A DNA stretch of 63,997 bases, counting the filler, from Asterionella formosa (taxonomy: Eukaryota): NCBI GenBank assembly GCA_002256025.1. It is 7 parts of 7 records of this genome, joined end to end, with 100 filler letters (N's around TTAATTAATTAA, not from the genome) between each part and the next. Parts side by side here need not be neighbours in the genome. Positions count along the whole stretch, not along the records: positions 9,776 to 19,446 come from NKIB01010337.1; positions 19,547 to 29,213 come from NKIB01010348.1; 5 more parts are not named here. The stretch is one strand, 5' to 3'. Shown piece after piece: positions 11,967-26,170 of this stretch. Each line of letters begins with the position of its first letter. Position 1 is the stretch's first letter. The notes beneath the pieces were generated by a model. The model made no database searches and was not told the DNA's origin. It was given only the letters and a program-made list of their open reading frames with translations. Position numbers and translations under genes: made by a program.

Positions 11967-13531
11967 GTGCAAGAGGAAATTTTTCGCACTTCTCAAGACC
12001 CGAACTGTGCTTTCATAGAGATATAGAATTTCCACAAATTGTAATTGCACCTGCATTATAAATTATTATATAAACAAAACTAGGGTACCATCTCAACGCA
12101 GAAGATCGGATCTTCTCTGCAAATAAAGATTGAATTAATTTCCAAGTTTATGGTATATTTCCCTTTGTTGACTGAAAAGAAGAAACAGTGATCAAACTGA
12201 TAATACCAGCTTGGATGATGCAAATCTACTCCACAATCCCTGGTCTTTTCCCTAGGTAGAGTTGCAAAGACAAGAAATATAGACTGCTTTTTCTGGGCTT
12301 CATGTGCAACAAAATGGAGCTCATTGGCAGGAGGTCATATGAGCTGGGTGCAACTAAGTATTATGGTTTCTAATGAAAACATTAAGGGCTGTGGAAAAGT
12401 TTGTGCTGTCAGGGAAGGCTACTTAGAATGGATTTCTCTCAAGAAAATTCTGAGTTCTCCAAGACAAGTACGAGCATTACCGCTAATTTCCAGAGTCAAG
12501 TCAATTTGTCTCCTACAGCAGCCTACTCAAGAATAGCATCATCAATAGGAGCATCATAATTATACATCTTTTATTTGAAAATAGAAATGCACTTGGTTGT
12601 GTCCATGCAAAGGTTTTTGTAGGCAGCATTGAGATAATGACTCCCTTATTTGAGATCCTAATGACAGTTTCTGTTTACACCAACAACCAAATTAGAGTAC
12701 TAGTATTCTTCTGATGTGTCAATTTAAACCACTTTCTTCTCTGCATCCTCCTGTTCTCCTTGCAGGAGTCTTAAAAAATAAAACCTGTCACATTTGATTC
12801 CTCAGTATTTTAGCACCACTATTGCTCATTTCCCCATAAGAACTCCTACCCAACCTTTCAACCTCATTTTTCAAGTAGAAAGAAGGTTATTGTGTGTTNN
12901 NNNNNNNNNNNNNNNNNNNNNNNNNNNNNNNNNNNNNNNNNNNNNNNNNNNNNNNNNNNNNNNNNNNNNNNNNNNNNNNNNNNNNNNNNNNNNNNNNNNN
13001 NNNNNNNNNNNNNNNNNNNNNNNNNNNNNNNNNNNNNNNNNNNNNNNNNNNNNNNNNNNNNNNNNNNNNNNNNNNNNNNNNNNNNNNNNNNNNNNNNNNN
13101 NNNNNNNNNNNNNNNNNNNNNNNNNNNNNNNNNNNNNNNNNNNNNNNNNNNNNNNNNNNNNNNNNNNNNNNNNNNNNNNNNNNNNNNNNNNNNNNNNNNN
13201 NNNNNNNNNNNNNNNNNNNNNNNNNNNNNNNNNNNNNNNNNNNNNNNNNNNNNNNNNNNNNNNNNNNNNNNNNNNNNNNNNNNNNNNNNNNNNNNNNGGT
13301 CAATTGTTCCTGTATTGCTGGTCATCAACTTGATTCATACTGCTCCAATCCAGCATGACACCAGCACCAAGAATCGAGGTATCATCAGGAAGTTACACAA
13401 GTAGGTTAGCCCTAACTCTTATCATTTTGTAAATGATCGCCATTGATATAGGGTTTTGTTTCGAAAATGACAGTTTGTATCATATTTTGTATTGTCGAGC
13501 CGAAGAGTATTTAGGTGTGATCATTGTCATG

Positions 13532-13860
13532 GCCATTGATCGCTGTGTATCGGCACATCCATTGTCATTGATTAAAAAAATATTACCCCACAACCAACAC
13601 CAGCATCACACTACATTTACAACGCCGATTATTGGAATGGCAAAAAACGCTAATCAAATGTTTCCACCCAAATTAATTATTTGGGTACAGCCATTGATCG
13701 CTGTGTATCACATCTGTTGTTGTCATTGATTACAAAACTGTTACCCCTACAGCAACACCAGCATCACACTACATAACTACAATGCCAATTGTTGGTACAG
13801 CCGCCAGAAAATACCGCTAGTAAAATGTGATCACCCAAAGTAAATTATTTGGGTGACCCA
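13532..13860. repeat. Two-copy ~159-bp degenerate tandem repeat
   Basis: ccattgatcgctgtgtatc...tgtcattgatta...caacaccagcatcacactacat at 13532 and 13691. Confidence 0.85.
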
Positions 13861-15599
13861 ATCTACTGAATTTGGCTACATACATAATTTAAGGGTATTA
13901 CATTGCGTAAAAAGTATGATGCATCATATAATATATATGATAGGAGTGAAGGGGAATGTCTCAGTTAGTTGGGCACATTGCCTTTGATATGAAGTTGTAT
14001 GGTTTGATTCCCACAATCTATTTGAGAAGCAGTTGTTGGCTTCGACTCCCACACTCCTCACTGTCCCACGCGGTCTTACCTGGTGTACAAGGAAAATTGG
14101 GTTGCCCCCCTAAAAGCTGTGTGTCACCTTCCTAGGTGCTCGGAGTTTCCCCTAACGCTGAGGCAAAGACAATCACCTTTTGTAAGAGATGATTGGGGAC
14201 TCACCTATACTAACAAAGCTAGGAAAGCACACGGTCTTGTTGGCAGGCCATGCTATGAAATTCCACATGTAACTCCATGTACTTAGAAAGTGCGTTTAAA
14301 GAGATTTTCAATTTTAACATGACCGGAGTGAACTAAATTAGTTTCGACAACTTCCATAATTTATTTTAGAAACCCACATATTTTTTGGGCAAACTAACAA
14401 TATTTTGTGCATCCAATCAAATAACTTCTTGATCAACGACCACAAATATTATTCGCAGTAATCATCCATAATTTCTATGAATGAACAAAGTAAACTGAAA
14501 ATGCCATTGAAATAATTATATTGATGTAATAGCTACCAGAATTAGTTTTAGATTGCATGAATAGCTAATAATATTGGTGATTTAGAAAATGGAAGAACAG
14601 GAGCATGCTGATGTGGAAGCAGGTGTGAAAATTGCGGTACAGAAGCATGTTGATGTGGAATCACTCCCCTGCTTGCTTGCTTGCTTGCTTATGATGGCCT
14701 CCTTCTGGTCGTGTTTCTAGTATCAACATCCTCCACCTTCACTTGAAGCAGTAGCTGCTATATCACTAGCATCTGGTCATAGTTGTTGTCTGATTGTAGT
14801 ATGAAAAGCGATGATTCCTGAAAATAAAAGAGAGATTAATCAGTGACAGTTTTTAAATTAAAAACAATTACAAAGGGCACAGACAAATCATCACTGTTCT
14901 GAACTTATTTCTCTGGAATGTCACAAAGCATTTTTTTCTGAAGAACGAGCTAGATTTTCTTACTTATGTGAGTGTTAATATACAGCAAGACAATAGGAGC
15001 AAACTAACAGCATTCCAAAAAAGGCGTCAACAACAACGCCTTGATAACGACCTCCATTTTTCATTGAATCGTGAATTTTCGATCATGGAATGATATAATT
15101 TATTGAGGAGGATAATTTAATGTGGTGCAAGAATATTGATGATAGAGTCTAAAATTAATTTAAAAATGGGAACAAAAAATTGTGCTCATTTACTAATACA
15201 ATGTTCCAGTCTCCTGTGAAATGAACACAAAAATATTGGCGCGGTCTGCAGTGATGTACGAGTCCACCATGAGGACCTCCAATTAAACACTTTTCACCTA
15301 CCAGTAACAAGAGAGACATAAGGAAAATAAGTATGGCTGGATTCATGCTCAGGGTACTCGAAGTATCCCTCATAAGCGCTAGTATATTATTATTTAGCTA
15401 GCTAAGATAATGCGATTCTTTTGTATATTCAAAACCCTACAGTGTAGTCATTGTGATCGGCTGGAGCACCCTGCATCATGTCGTTACAGCCTTGACAATG
15501 AATGATTAGCAAATTATTGGCTATCGCTGAAGTTCCAATGCTGATATTCCCGATTTGACAAACAATCGAAGAGGTGCAGCTGATGAGGAAGACGAAGCA

Positions 15600-15760
15600 A
15601 GGTATTTTTGATAAGAGGAAAACTTTTGCTGGAACTTTCAACATTGATGAGATCGGTATTGTTGAAAAAGTCAACCTTTTTGTGGACCTGTCAACATTGA
15701 GGAGACTGGTATTGTTGAAAATAGGAAACCTTCTGCTGGACCTGTTGACATTGATGAGTT
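15600..15760. repeat. Degenerate ~54-bp tandem repeat (~3 copies), possibly a relic coding repeat
   Basis: t(t/c)(t)gctgga(a/c)ct...caacattga(t/g)gaga..ggtattgttgaaaa recurs at ~15625, ~15678 and ~15732. Confidence 0.7.
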
Positions 15761-18239
15761 CATCACCTATCGTATAGTACCAGATGACTTGCGACATAAA
15801 ACATATCTGTCAAAACATTTCGAAAAATTTGCGTGAGGTTTGAAGTGTCAGGGTACAGGAATGACAAGAAGGACTTCACTTTCTCCTTGATTATTCATTG
15901 TTTACTGAAAGGAGGCTGGCTTGTAGGTCAACGATACCCTCCTATCACTTATAATGAAGGCAACGACAACACAGATGATGACGACGACAATAATTTGTAT
16001 TTGAAGTAAATGAAGAATAAGGTGTTGATGATATGGACTCTGGTAAACGGAAACAAAAGCCGGACAAAGCAGCAGAAGAAGCCCCTGACTTTGTTGTTCT
16101 TAACTCGCATAGCATTGATGACGATGACAAATCATTGCCTCTTCCAGTTGCAAAGGCGAAGCCAACGAAAAATAAAAAGACTACAAAGTCGACTCGCCCA
16201 AGCAATGCCCACTTGTGCCAACACATAATTTTGTGTTATTTATGTTTACATGTCTGAGAGACCACACAGAAGCGATGGTGTGTTGATACTTGGTCAGCCT
16301 CCAACTATGGCCAAACTTCCTGGATACAAGATAGTTCAGGTACAAATACATTTTTGATTGAATCATAAGTGCATGCATATCTTGATGATCTCGATGATGG
16401 CTAAAATATTTTTGCCCAGTCTTCAGCTGCACCCATGCGCAAATAGAAATCCATAACAATGCTTTTGGATCTCTATAAATGTGGTCTCAACATTGCTTGT
16501 ATAGAATTGGAAGAATTAGAAGATCATGGCTATGACTCCAAAAATTCTGATGTAGTTCAGGCTTGGCTTGCGATTAAGATATGCAAGAGAAAGCAGGATC
16601 ACTATTTTCATCAGCTTTCAGAATGTGAAACATCAGATTAAAGCCAAAAGTTCAATAATTTTTTAGGCTTGTTCATTAATTAATTTCAAGTAATTCTTTT
16701 TCCCTCTTGCTCTCAATGTTGGCAGAAGGTTCTTTGCAAGCCCAGGGTTCATAACCTGGTAAGAATAACATCTTGCAGAACAGAGCTTCCAGGCATTATA
16801 CCTAATGGATCCACCACAGTTGGTAAGTAGCTCCAACCAAGGGGTGACAACAAATGCACTGATATTAATATCAATATCATCACTGTTGTCAAGTAGCAAA
16901 CTCCAGTGCAACAACATGATTCATGCTATGGTTACATATGTGGGTTGACCATCAAAATTGTCTGGAGGGAAATACACAGCACATGATCTGTGCTGCCTGC
17001 CTGTCAGCATTGAAGTTGTCTGTTACATCACCATGATACATTGATATAAATTAGTGATACAATTGTCTGTAAAGAATGGAGAAAATTCATTTCAAATCAA
17101 GTTACCAGTGCTGATGCATTTTCAAATGAAGTGATACCCAATGCGAAATGATAAGAACAGCTTTAAAATATGAGGAAGTACCAGGTACCAGCATGTATCA
17201 TTGGTCAATAGGTGAGGTCGTACTCTTTGCCTGACAGGAATAGCTCGTGAGCGAGGTATGTACCGTTCCGTAGTTGCTTTTGTTTCGAGCATGGTCGTCA
17301 GTGGTAGAGGTACCAGTGCATTGGTACTCCGTATAAATGCTAACTATGAAACCCTGTTTGTGTGGTCTTACTAATAACTCCGTAAATACATCGTAGGACA
17401 TGAACGTANNNNNNNNNNNNNNNNNNNNNNNNNNNNNNNNNNNNNNNNNNNNNNNNNNNNNNNNNNNNNNNNNNNNNNNNNNNNNNNNNNNNNNNNNNNN
17501 NNNNNNNNNNNNNNNNNNNNNNNNNNNNNNNNNNNNNNNNNNNNNNNNNNNNNNNNNNNNNNNNNNNNNNNNNNNNNNNNNNNNNNNNNNNNNNNNNNNN
17601 NNNNNNNNNNNNNNNNNNNNNNNNNNNNNNNNNNNNNNNNNNNNNNNNNNNNNNNNNNNNNNNNNNNNNNNNNNNNNNNNNNNNNNNNNNNNNNNNNNNN
17701 NNNNNNNNNNNNNNNNNNNNNNNNNNNNNNNNNNNNNNNNNNNNNNNNNNNNNNNNNNNNNNNNNNNNNNNNNNNNNNNNNNNNNNNNNNNNNNNNNNNN
17801 NNNNNNNNNNNNNNNNNNNNNNNNNNNNNNNCACGTACACCAGCATTGTTACAAGCTACAAGTATTGCTGCAAGATGCGGCAATTGTGCTGAAACTAATA
17901 GTTTAGCTTACTTTATCCCATATTAAAATTGTTTATTTAAGCAAAATGACCGCAACTTGCTAGTATCTACTACATACAGATTTATACGAGGAGCTGTGTT
18001 CGAGGCCTACCGCCACCTAAAAAAACCTTTTTTCCTGAGGAGGATTTGTGCCGGTATGAAAATACTGCAGCCATGACAGCTCTGATCACTCAGCCATCCA
18101 GTAACAAAGCCAATAAATAATTAGCGCCTTCTCGCCCAGTTCGGCAATACTTGTTGGAATCGCAATCGACAATACATAAGCCTACTCGACGAATCTCTCC
18201 AGCTCCCTTCCTCGCTTGTTCAATCAAGCAAAAGTAATT

Positions 18240-19036
18240 ATGTCAGATTACGGAACGGAGCTCTTGCGCCGTCAGCTCAATGGTACGTTTTTGTTGCTTC
18301 GTCGATTTTCTGTTCACGTCCAAACATGACGTCACGCTTGAGTCTGGGTCAAATTTGACGTGAGATGACTGCTTGGACTTCGACCTTCCCAACGCTGCCA
18401 TGTGAGCTATGCAACAGCGTCTTTTCTGTGCTGATGCCGTTCCTTTCAGGTCCGTGCTTAGATTGACTGGCTGTAGCGTTTGTTTGACTAGTTGCTAATG
18501 TTTCCCTTTACTAAATGACTTTTGCTCTCCACAAAAATATCGGCGCCAATCCTTTTTTCGTTTTCAATGAAGAGTTATCAAAGAATCCTATTGATTTGGT
18601 ATCTGTCGGACTAGACGAAGACAACCCAAACGTCTTTGAATGGGAAATCCTTATCCTGGGCCCGGATGGAACTCTCTACGAAGGTGGCTTCTTCAAGGCG
18701 AAATTGGTCTTTCCATCCGACTTTCCGAACATGCCGCCAACCATGACGTTCGTCTCCGATATGTGGCACCCCAATGTTTATGAAGACGGAAAAGTATGTA
18801 TCTCCATTCTTCATCCTCCAGGAGAAGATGAGTTCAATTCGCAGGAAAGTGCGGATGAGAGGTGGAGACCCATTTTGGGAGTCGAGCAAATTTTGATATC
18901 TGTCATTTCCATGTTGAGCGATCCAAATGACGAATCACCAGCAAATTTAGACGCAGCAGTCATGTGGAGAAATGATAGACCAGCGTTCAAGAAGAAAGTG
19001 AGGCAAATTGTTCGCAAGTCTCAGGAAATGTGCTAG
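18240..19036 (+). CDS. UBC7: Ubiquitin-conjugating enzyme E2, UBE2G1/Ubc7 class; exons 18240-18282 and 18573-19036
   Basis: Spliced start MSDYGTELLRRQLN-ELSKNP; HPN motif (WHPNVY), catalytic Cys in VCISILH, acidic loop insertion PPGEDEFNSQESADERW typical of Ubc7/Cdc34-type E2s. Confidence 0.92.
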
Positions 19037-21184
19037 AACCATTAGTTTTAACGGAAAGAAGGAATGCTGACTGTGCTCTAGTGGATGGGTACAGGCTTAT
19101 GCTAGACTCGCCTAAATGCTCTTCCGAAGTGATCGAGCTTGTTCATAATAACCAATACAATTGTCGTTCCCTTACATAGTAGTCTGGCCTACGATAGTTG
19201 TTCAGAGAGCAAAATACATTGCCTGCTTAGGTTCAGCAATTTTGCTGACGAATGCGGAAAAAGGCAATGCTGATATGCATAGCCAAACAACATATGACTT
19301 TGACAAAACCTGCAAATAGCTGAGATTAAATTGTTAGCAAAGAAAGACGAGGTAAGGTAGTCGTCTACTGGTATAGGACAAACCGCTATCATGGATGCAA
19401 GGCAATTGGTTGTTTCTCATCCAATGACTCACCCGACTACCGGTAGNNNNNNNNNNNNNNNNNNNNNNNNNNNNNNNNNNNNNNNNNNNNTTAATTAATT
19501 AANNNNNNNNNNNNNNNNNNNNNNNNNNNNNNNNNNNNNNNNNNNNTTTCTCAAATGCACATCTATTGGGCATTCACTTTCTTGGTGATCTTGTCACTTT
19601 ATTGAGAATGCATGATAAAATGATGTTTTGTTTTGTAGCATGCATTTCGTTTTTTTGACGCCACAAGCATGCATTATGGCTGTCTTCTCTATTTTTGTCA
19701 TGACAGCTTTTACCCACTGCCCACCATCATGCTGGCTTGCAAGTAATTGTTTGTGGGCTCTGGGTTTTTCACAAAAGTCCTTATCCACTGCTTCATTTAA
19801 ATATTAACTTATGCAGCTTCTCAAGCAATATTTACCCACTCTATCTTGATTTGGGACTACTTTTCTTGATAAATGATTCTCTTCACATTGATGTAAATGG
19901 CGCAACACATGATACTAGATGGAGACTTTGTCTGTTGGCTCAAAACGATGGCACAGATATTGCTTATTTGGACCCTAGTGTAATTATTGGAAAGCTTTAA
20001 CATCATATAAAATTTCATTGATATTTTAAAGAGATGGCACACTTACTAGCAGTCTATGACAGGGCAGATATTTCTCGTAAATTCGTCTTGCCTTATGTAG
20101 AGGACATCATGTTGAGTCGAATATTTTGGATTTTTGTGTCAAATTCTCTAGTTTTAGACAATTTTCAGGTGTTGACATAAGAGCAAGCAAGAGTTGATTG
20201 CTCTCACATTCCAAAAAGAGATGCCACAATGATTCTGCATGATTAATAGGCTTAAGTCTTGCATAGAGAGCCATTGATGAATATAGTTTGTTATTGTTGC
20301 TCTGTTGTGTTGAGGTTGAGATGTAAATGCACTTGCTGTATTTTCTCAGTCAAAGTTTGTCTGTCCATGACTGCTTAATTTGTGTTGTTTTCAGAAGTAT
20401 TCCCTGTATCTGAGGTTTTTATCTTGTTTTCTAACTGTTGCTCCAGTTATACATGTATCCATTCTCACCTTCTGGTGAAACTTACTTTATCCACTTTCTT
20501 ATGCACACTATGAATATGAAGTGACTATTCAAGTGTCATGAGTGATGCTTTATCTGCATTTGTTGGTCGCTGCTTGAAACTAACTATGATGTTTAAAAAG
20601 TATTACATTTAGTATATAGTAACATCATTTATTAGGTGCCTTAAAACCACTGAATTATTAATGGGGCAGCTGTCATAATGCTTCTTGGTATAATCAGTCT
20701 AGGCTTTTGGAAATCCTAATACAACCCACTATCAGCCTAACAAATGTGGTGACTATGAGTGCTGGAATGTCGGAAAATTAATACAAAGATAGTATACCTC
20801 GCAGCTTGCATAGTCTACATTCTGACCATAGTCCAGTTCCTTCCTGGTAGTCTGCCCCGTACCTTGCAGATCATCTACCTTAATAAAGTTTGTGTCTTAG
20901 ACTATTTGATCCAACACACCAACAACATCATTGGTCCTGTCAATGCAGCTAAGTAGTGAAGCAAGCTTTCAAAAGTAATGATACACAATGGCGCCAAGAG
21001 TGCTGTCCTTTGTTGATGTTTGGTAGAAAATAAGGACCTTCATGTTTCCAACAACCTGTAGGAGGAAGCCACAACACAGACTCCTTAATTCATTGGGATT
21101 TAGATTAGCGACTAATACAGAGATATCATCGGCAGTACAATTGACTCGCCAAACATTAACTACCCAATTTGAAAATTCTGGAAT

Positions 21185-24100
21185 TCATTCGTCTTGGATG
21201 AATTGCTCCCGCAGTCGATTTCCACGCCTTGATTTGATTCTTTTTAATTTGGACTCCATCACTCCTAATGCGTGTTCAGCTGCGTTCCCATCCTCGAACC
21301 AAATATCCAGGGTGCTCTTAAAGGGCGTAAATCGAGTAAATGGTCCAAACGAAGCGGAAATTCGCTTCTCATCTGGTAGAAAGAGACCTGGAGGCTTATC
21401 ATCCATAGAGAAGTGACTTACAAGCAGTCGCCGAGCAGGAGAAAAACTGGCAACCTGTGGGATACGATCAGCCTCAACAGCAACTTTTGAAAGGCTGCAA
21501 GCTGTCACAATAAGCCCATTTCCCCCAGAGCCTCCTCGTTCTGGCTCTGCTAGGATCATGTGTCGGCCTAGGAATACAAGATATAATGACTGCCATTTAA
21601 CGCCATCGGACATAACAATTGCAGCATCTTCTGCCAGCAACGAGGCATAAACTTCTGAAACCTCACAAACACATGGAATTGCGGTTCGGCCGACCAAGCC
21701 GACAATTGAACCTGGTCGAGGTGGGACCTTATCTCGGGGTTCGTCGTCAAGGTGCAGAAGTCGAAAACAGAGACTTTCCGACACAGGCGAAAAAATGGAC
21801 CTTGGCACGTCTAAACCGCTAGAAAGGTGGGTGTTTACAATGTCACCGCTGCGAGAAATAGCAAATCCAGCAAGTCTTTTGCGACGAACTGCGTTGCAAT
21901 TTGTTGCCGCCAATTCCTTCAAAAATCTTGAGAAAGCATCTAAAAGGAAGGCAATGTTTGAGGACCTCACTCGCAGCTTATACCTAAAAAGGTTTCATTC
22001 ATAAACTTACCAAGCTGAACATAAGCCATTGCGCTTGCAGCGCCAACCTGGACAACTGCAGTACGAACATTGTCATCCAGAGGCAAACGGCCGAAATTGC
22101 AAACTCTATTTGCCAAGTCATCAAATTTGCTTGCCATTGCGACTGAAATAGAATATTCGTCCTCTTCTGAGGCGCCTACTGTTTCTTTCAAACGTAATAA
22201 TTCTCCAACAACAGACATATGATTACTTCTCACAGATTCAAAAAACATAGAGTTCATGTGCAAACCAAGACGTCGATCACTGTTGCTATCACCGGCCGAT
22301 TCCTCCTCCTCGGAGTCCGAGTCCTCCATATCGGCAACAACCTTGTCAATACTAATAGGCAGCTCGGAAATAAACGCCGAGGATTGGCGCCTACGTTGAT
22401 CCAGGAGTTTTGAAGCCATTTCCATCGCTTTGGCGCTTTCCCGTAATGTGTAGAGCAATGCATGCGCAGCAATGCCATCAAATACCAACTTCCAAACCCC
22501 TGAAATTATAAAACACAAATAAGCAAACTAATCTGAGCACAGAGAACTGCATTCAAGCAACAACTCACCTTTGTAGTTAGTCGAGACGTTGATAACGGTA
22601 AAACAAAGCGCCGACACTACCTCATTCATGTAATTTGCACCCGAAGAACCTTTGGCAAGCGAGTAGCGTGACTCGAGCTTGCTTCCACCTCCTATGCCTC
22701 TATTTGTCATCATGTGCGCCCTTCGTGTGTCCAGGTGATGCTCGTCCTGAGGAATGTCTTCGCCAAACGTTTTCATGCCGACACCAAATATCATGTCACT
22801 GACAAACTTAGAGTCAAATCGAGAGATCATTGCGTCAAACATCAGAACCGATAATTGTCGAAGGTGAAGCATATCAGGGCCTCCTGACATGCACTGGAGA
22901 ATGGCGTGACGATAAGGGTTGGGGCGTGTTTTCGCGATCAAAGCGATATCCCCGGCTTCTCCTTCTAGGACCTCGGTCAGAGCTGGTGAGAGAACGAATA
23001 CGCACGATGGGTCCCCATCGACACCGAACGCAGCAGATTCCTCCGTCGACGAGGCTTGGGTAGTTCTGTAACCGGTGATGCTCCCAAAAGAGTAAGGCGT
23101 GGGTTCCTTGTGAATTAGTCCGCGATTTGCAACAATTTCGGTCCCATCCGTTCTGAGTGTCACCGTTCCGTAATCGTCAACGCAAGCAATGTCCGGTTTT
23201 GCACGAATCATAGTTGCGCTAGAGGAATCAGGGGCCAAAGGATGAAACAACGCAGTCAGCATAAGTCTAAGCAACGCAGGATTTGACACGAAATGAAATA
23301 CACCCGATAGCGCGAAGAATGCTGTCTTTGCTGGAGCTGCTTCTTGGGCTCGTTCACTCGCTGTATCCACATCGGAATTGCTCGTCGGTAACCAAATTGC
23401 TCCTGTCGCGAGAATATCTGTGTTGAACCTATCAGTTTCACCGTTCTTGTTGGCGTAAGCAGTGTACCGTTGCATGTACAAAAGAAGAGGCTGCAATAAA
23501 AGCGGATAAACAAATGTTGCCAACATCATTTCAATGATTTGTTCATTGAGCGATGACAAGCCAACCTGGAAGACGTCTTCGAGCAGTAAAAACTCGTCTT
23601 GCATATCTGCAACTGCAGCATTTAGCGAATTGGTCAATTTCTTTCTTCGAGTCTCTGCTTTGGCTTTTTCCATTGCCGCACTGAGAATCCGCCCTCCGCC
23701 ACCCCGACTTTTTCCTTCCATAAGAATATCAATATCTCGTATTTGCTCTTCGATGAAACCCCACAGGTGTGCAAGTTTTGTAAATATTGGAGAAACAAGG
23801 CTCTCTACTCTGGTAGGAATGCATACATGATAGGCGATTGCAAGTCTCTCTTTGAGTGGAAGTGCTTGTGCATTGTCAAGATTGCCATCTGGGGATGTCA
23901 TAATTTCTTCAGAATCTGAGTGTTCTTCGCCAGCGAGAGTTGCAAGACGAAGAGTATTGAGACAGATATTCATGGCTGTTACTCGAACGAAAGAGTCTTG
24001 GTGAGAGGAACAAAACTCAAGCGCTCTGGCGTACAGAGGAAACTGGACGTCGACGGACTCAATTTCGACAGGTCTGAATTTTCTTTGGGATGATTTTTGG

Positions 24101-25317
24101 GGAATGGTACCTCTGTGCACTTCATGTGAAGAAGGGCTTTCGCGTTGTTTCTCTGGACTACTTTGCCCTTCTTCGTGACCCGCGAAGTGAGAAGGTGAGT
24201 TTGAAACGCTTTCCGTTTTGAATGTTCTTCCTCGCTCTTGTGGATAAGTCAAGAAAAACTGGAGGGTTTCCACATTCATGCGCAAAGCCAAAGACTTAAG
24301 AAATGTGACGAAATGAGTGGTCAACTCTTGCATTTCCTGGCTAGCAAACTTTCTAGGACCTGATGGTTCTCCTTGCAATGACTCTTCTCTCTTTACACTT
24401 TCAGCAATGTTGTATAATTCAAGTGGAAGTTTGATCAAGTCGTTGATGTGATTATTGGATAGCAAAAAGTACAGTGAGGTTGCACGAGCCACATTCTGAA
24501 TCAGGATAGAAACCGATTGCATAGCCTGAGTTGCAATTGACAACGGAGGGACTAGGATTGTCTTAGTTTTTTGCCTTTGTGGGGTTACAGGTGCCGAGCT
24601 TTCTTCCGTTTCCGAAGTTTCGAGGCTTGCCGCGGTTTGGTCATCATCAAATCCGATTCCGGGATGGCTCGACGATGTTCGAAAAGAACCGCCCTCCACC
24701 GTGGACAGCTCAAATGACGATTCGAATCCAGCTCCTGTAACAATATTGACAATTAAAGCCAAGGCATTGCGCTCAAAGAAGTTTTCGAATAGTGCAATAT
24801 GGGATTCTAGATCACCATACCTATTGTCATAGACTTCGTCCTCTGCGGGCACAATTCCTGTTTCGACCGCGTCCTTTCGCCTTTGCAAACGTTTCTCGTC
24901 ATCGGTCATGACGGCAGCTGCACATTTTTCTCCAGTCACAACAAGTTCCGCAACTCTTCGGAGCAACTCGATCATTTCAGCCTCTTGTTCCAATGTCATG
25001 GGCACAAATCTTGCTATTGGTACTTTTTCTTCCCGCTCGACACTCTCAGAAATTGGCGACGCTTCGTGTTGCAAGTCAGATACTGTCTTCCGACGCGACC
25101 GAAAAGCGGAGAGTACTTTTGTTCTAGAACGTGCATCTGGCGTTTTTAGGGGGTTCCCTTGGTTTTCCCAGTTTTTCCTAGTTAACAGAACCAAGGCTTC
25201 CATTCGATCCAAGCACGCCGTCAGTTCACCTAATGGAGTCTCAAACTTCCTTGACTCATTACCATGCGACGTTGCGAGTGAGCGTCGTTGGCGTGGAGTC
25301 CCCGATCCACGAAACAT
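21185..25317 (-). CDS. CLEC16A/GOP-1/TT9-like FPL-domain protein (endolysosomal trafficking); introns at ~22500-22569 and ~21940-22010
   Basis: FPL-domain motifs SLYFLLSNNHINDLI, FVTFLKSLALRMN..TLQFF, FPLYARALEF, FVRVTAMNICLN; the three ORFs are separated by GT-AG intron candidates (the ~21940-22010 junction restores frame as G|AT). Confidence 0.85.
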
Positions 25318-26170
25318 CGCAAGCTATTTATTGGGATGTGCACGGCTACACGAATAAATCTCTGTCGTTCAAATCCAGATCCGAGATTTTGTTTCGCGAT
25401 CGTTTTACGCTTGTCTCGTCTCCGTTCCAAGCTCAGAAATTAAACTAAGCTACCCTTCTCCGCCAAACGAGTAATGTTTTAGTAAGCAAGCTAGTAATTG
25501 AGTCTTCGGGAACGAGATAAGGGGCCACTTCACTACAGCTTCGCTTCTTTCAACAGCATCCAAAGATCAGCAAAAGCACAAAAATAAGCTCTCGGATGCC
25601 ATTGTTAGTATATATAATACATACCAGGTAGGATGTGCTGCGTCAATGATGAACAAATATGCCGGCATATATACCGGTATACCGGAATAAATACACCAAA
25701 ATAAGCAGGTGTATGTAGATGTACTCCGAGTACATTTCCGAAATACACACTACATAGTATATTTGTGCATTTAGATTTTGCTCGTATGCATTGCATCTTC
25801 TATTGTGTACCTGTACGGAGAATTTAAAAAAGAGTTTATCCGTGTGCGTTGCGAGGAGTCGAAAAAAGAAGTCAAAAATTATTTCTTGTTCCATGTTTTC
25901 CAGGTTTCGCAAGCCCTTTTTCTCAACTTGTTGAATGGGATGACAAGCGACCAAATTTGCAGTGATATATCAACATCTTCTTGGCTTGAGGACTGGCATT
26001 TTTGGTTTAAAAAACTCCTGTTTGCTGGCTGTAGCTACTAGTATATGTTTGTGGGTGTATGCTTTTGTGCCATTGTGAGTCAATAGATTATTTATTTGAC
26101 CTTTGTCGACTGTGAACTACTCCTATAAGCTTAAATGAGGAAGAGAACTTCCAATTCCCAGAATAAAAAA

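Noticed and set aside
12794..13404. Long ORFs containing X runs (also at 17340-17906, 52045-52791, 55470-56390, 61714-62706)
   Set aside because: Artefacts of translating through N gaps.
14300..17150. Short ORFs in AT-rich, CpG-poor DNA (also 19550-20750 and 44560-45700)
   Set aside because: No recognisable motifs; probably decayed TE sequence that I cannot classify by eye.
10548..18027. tttttaggtgggcggta (10548) and taccgccacctaaaaa (18008) as TIRs of a gene-capturing element
   Set aside because: The match is short, and the TA dinucleotides (candidate target sites) lie on the inner sides, so the two sites look like ends of separate elements facing outward.
21960..22010. Programmed frameshift or 27-nt mini-intron between overlapping CLEC16A ORFs
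   Set aside because: An ordinary ~70-nt GT-AG intron with a pyrimidine tract (acceptor near 21940) restores the frame.
23534..25448. Antisense ORFs overlapping CLEC16A (likewise over CysRS, PPR, AMT1 and PGAM)
   Set aside because: Shadow ORFs of genuine coding strands, with no independent protein features.
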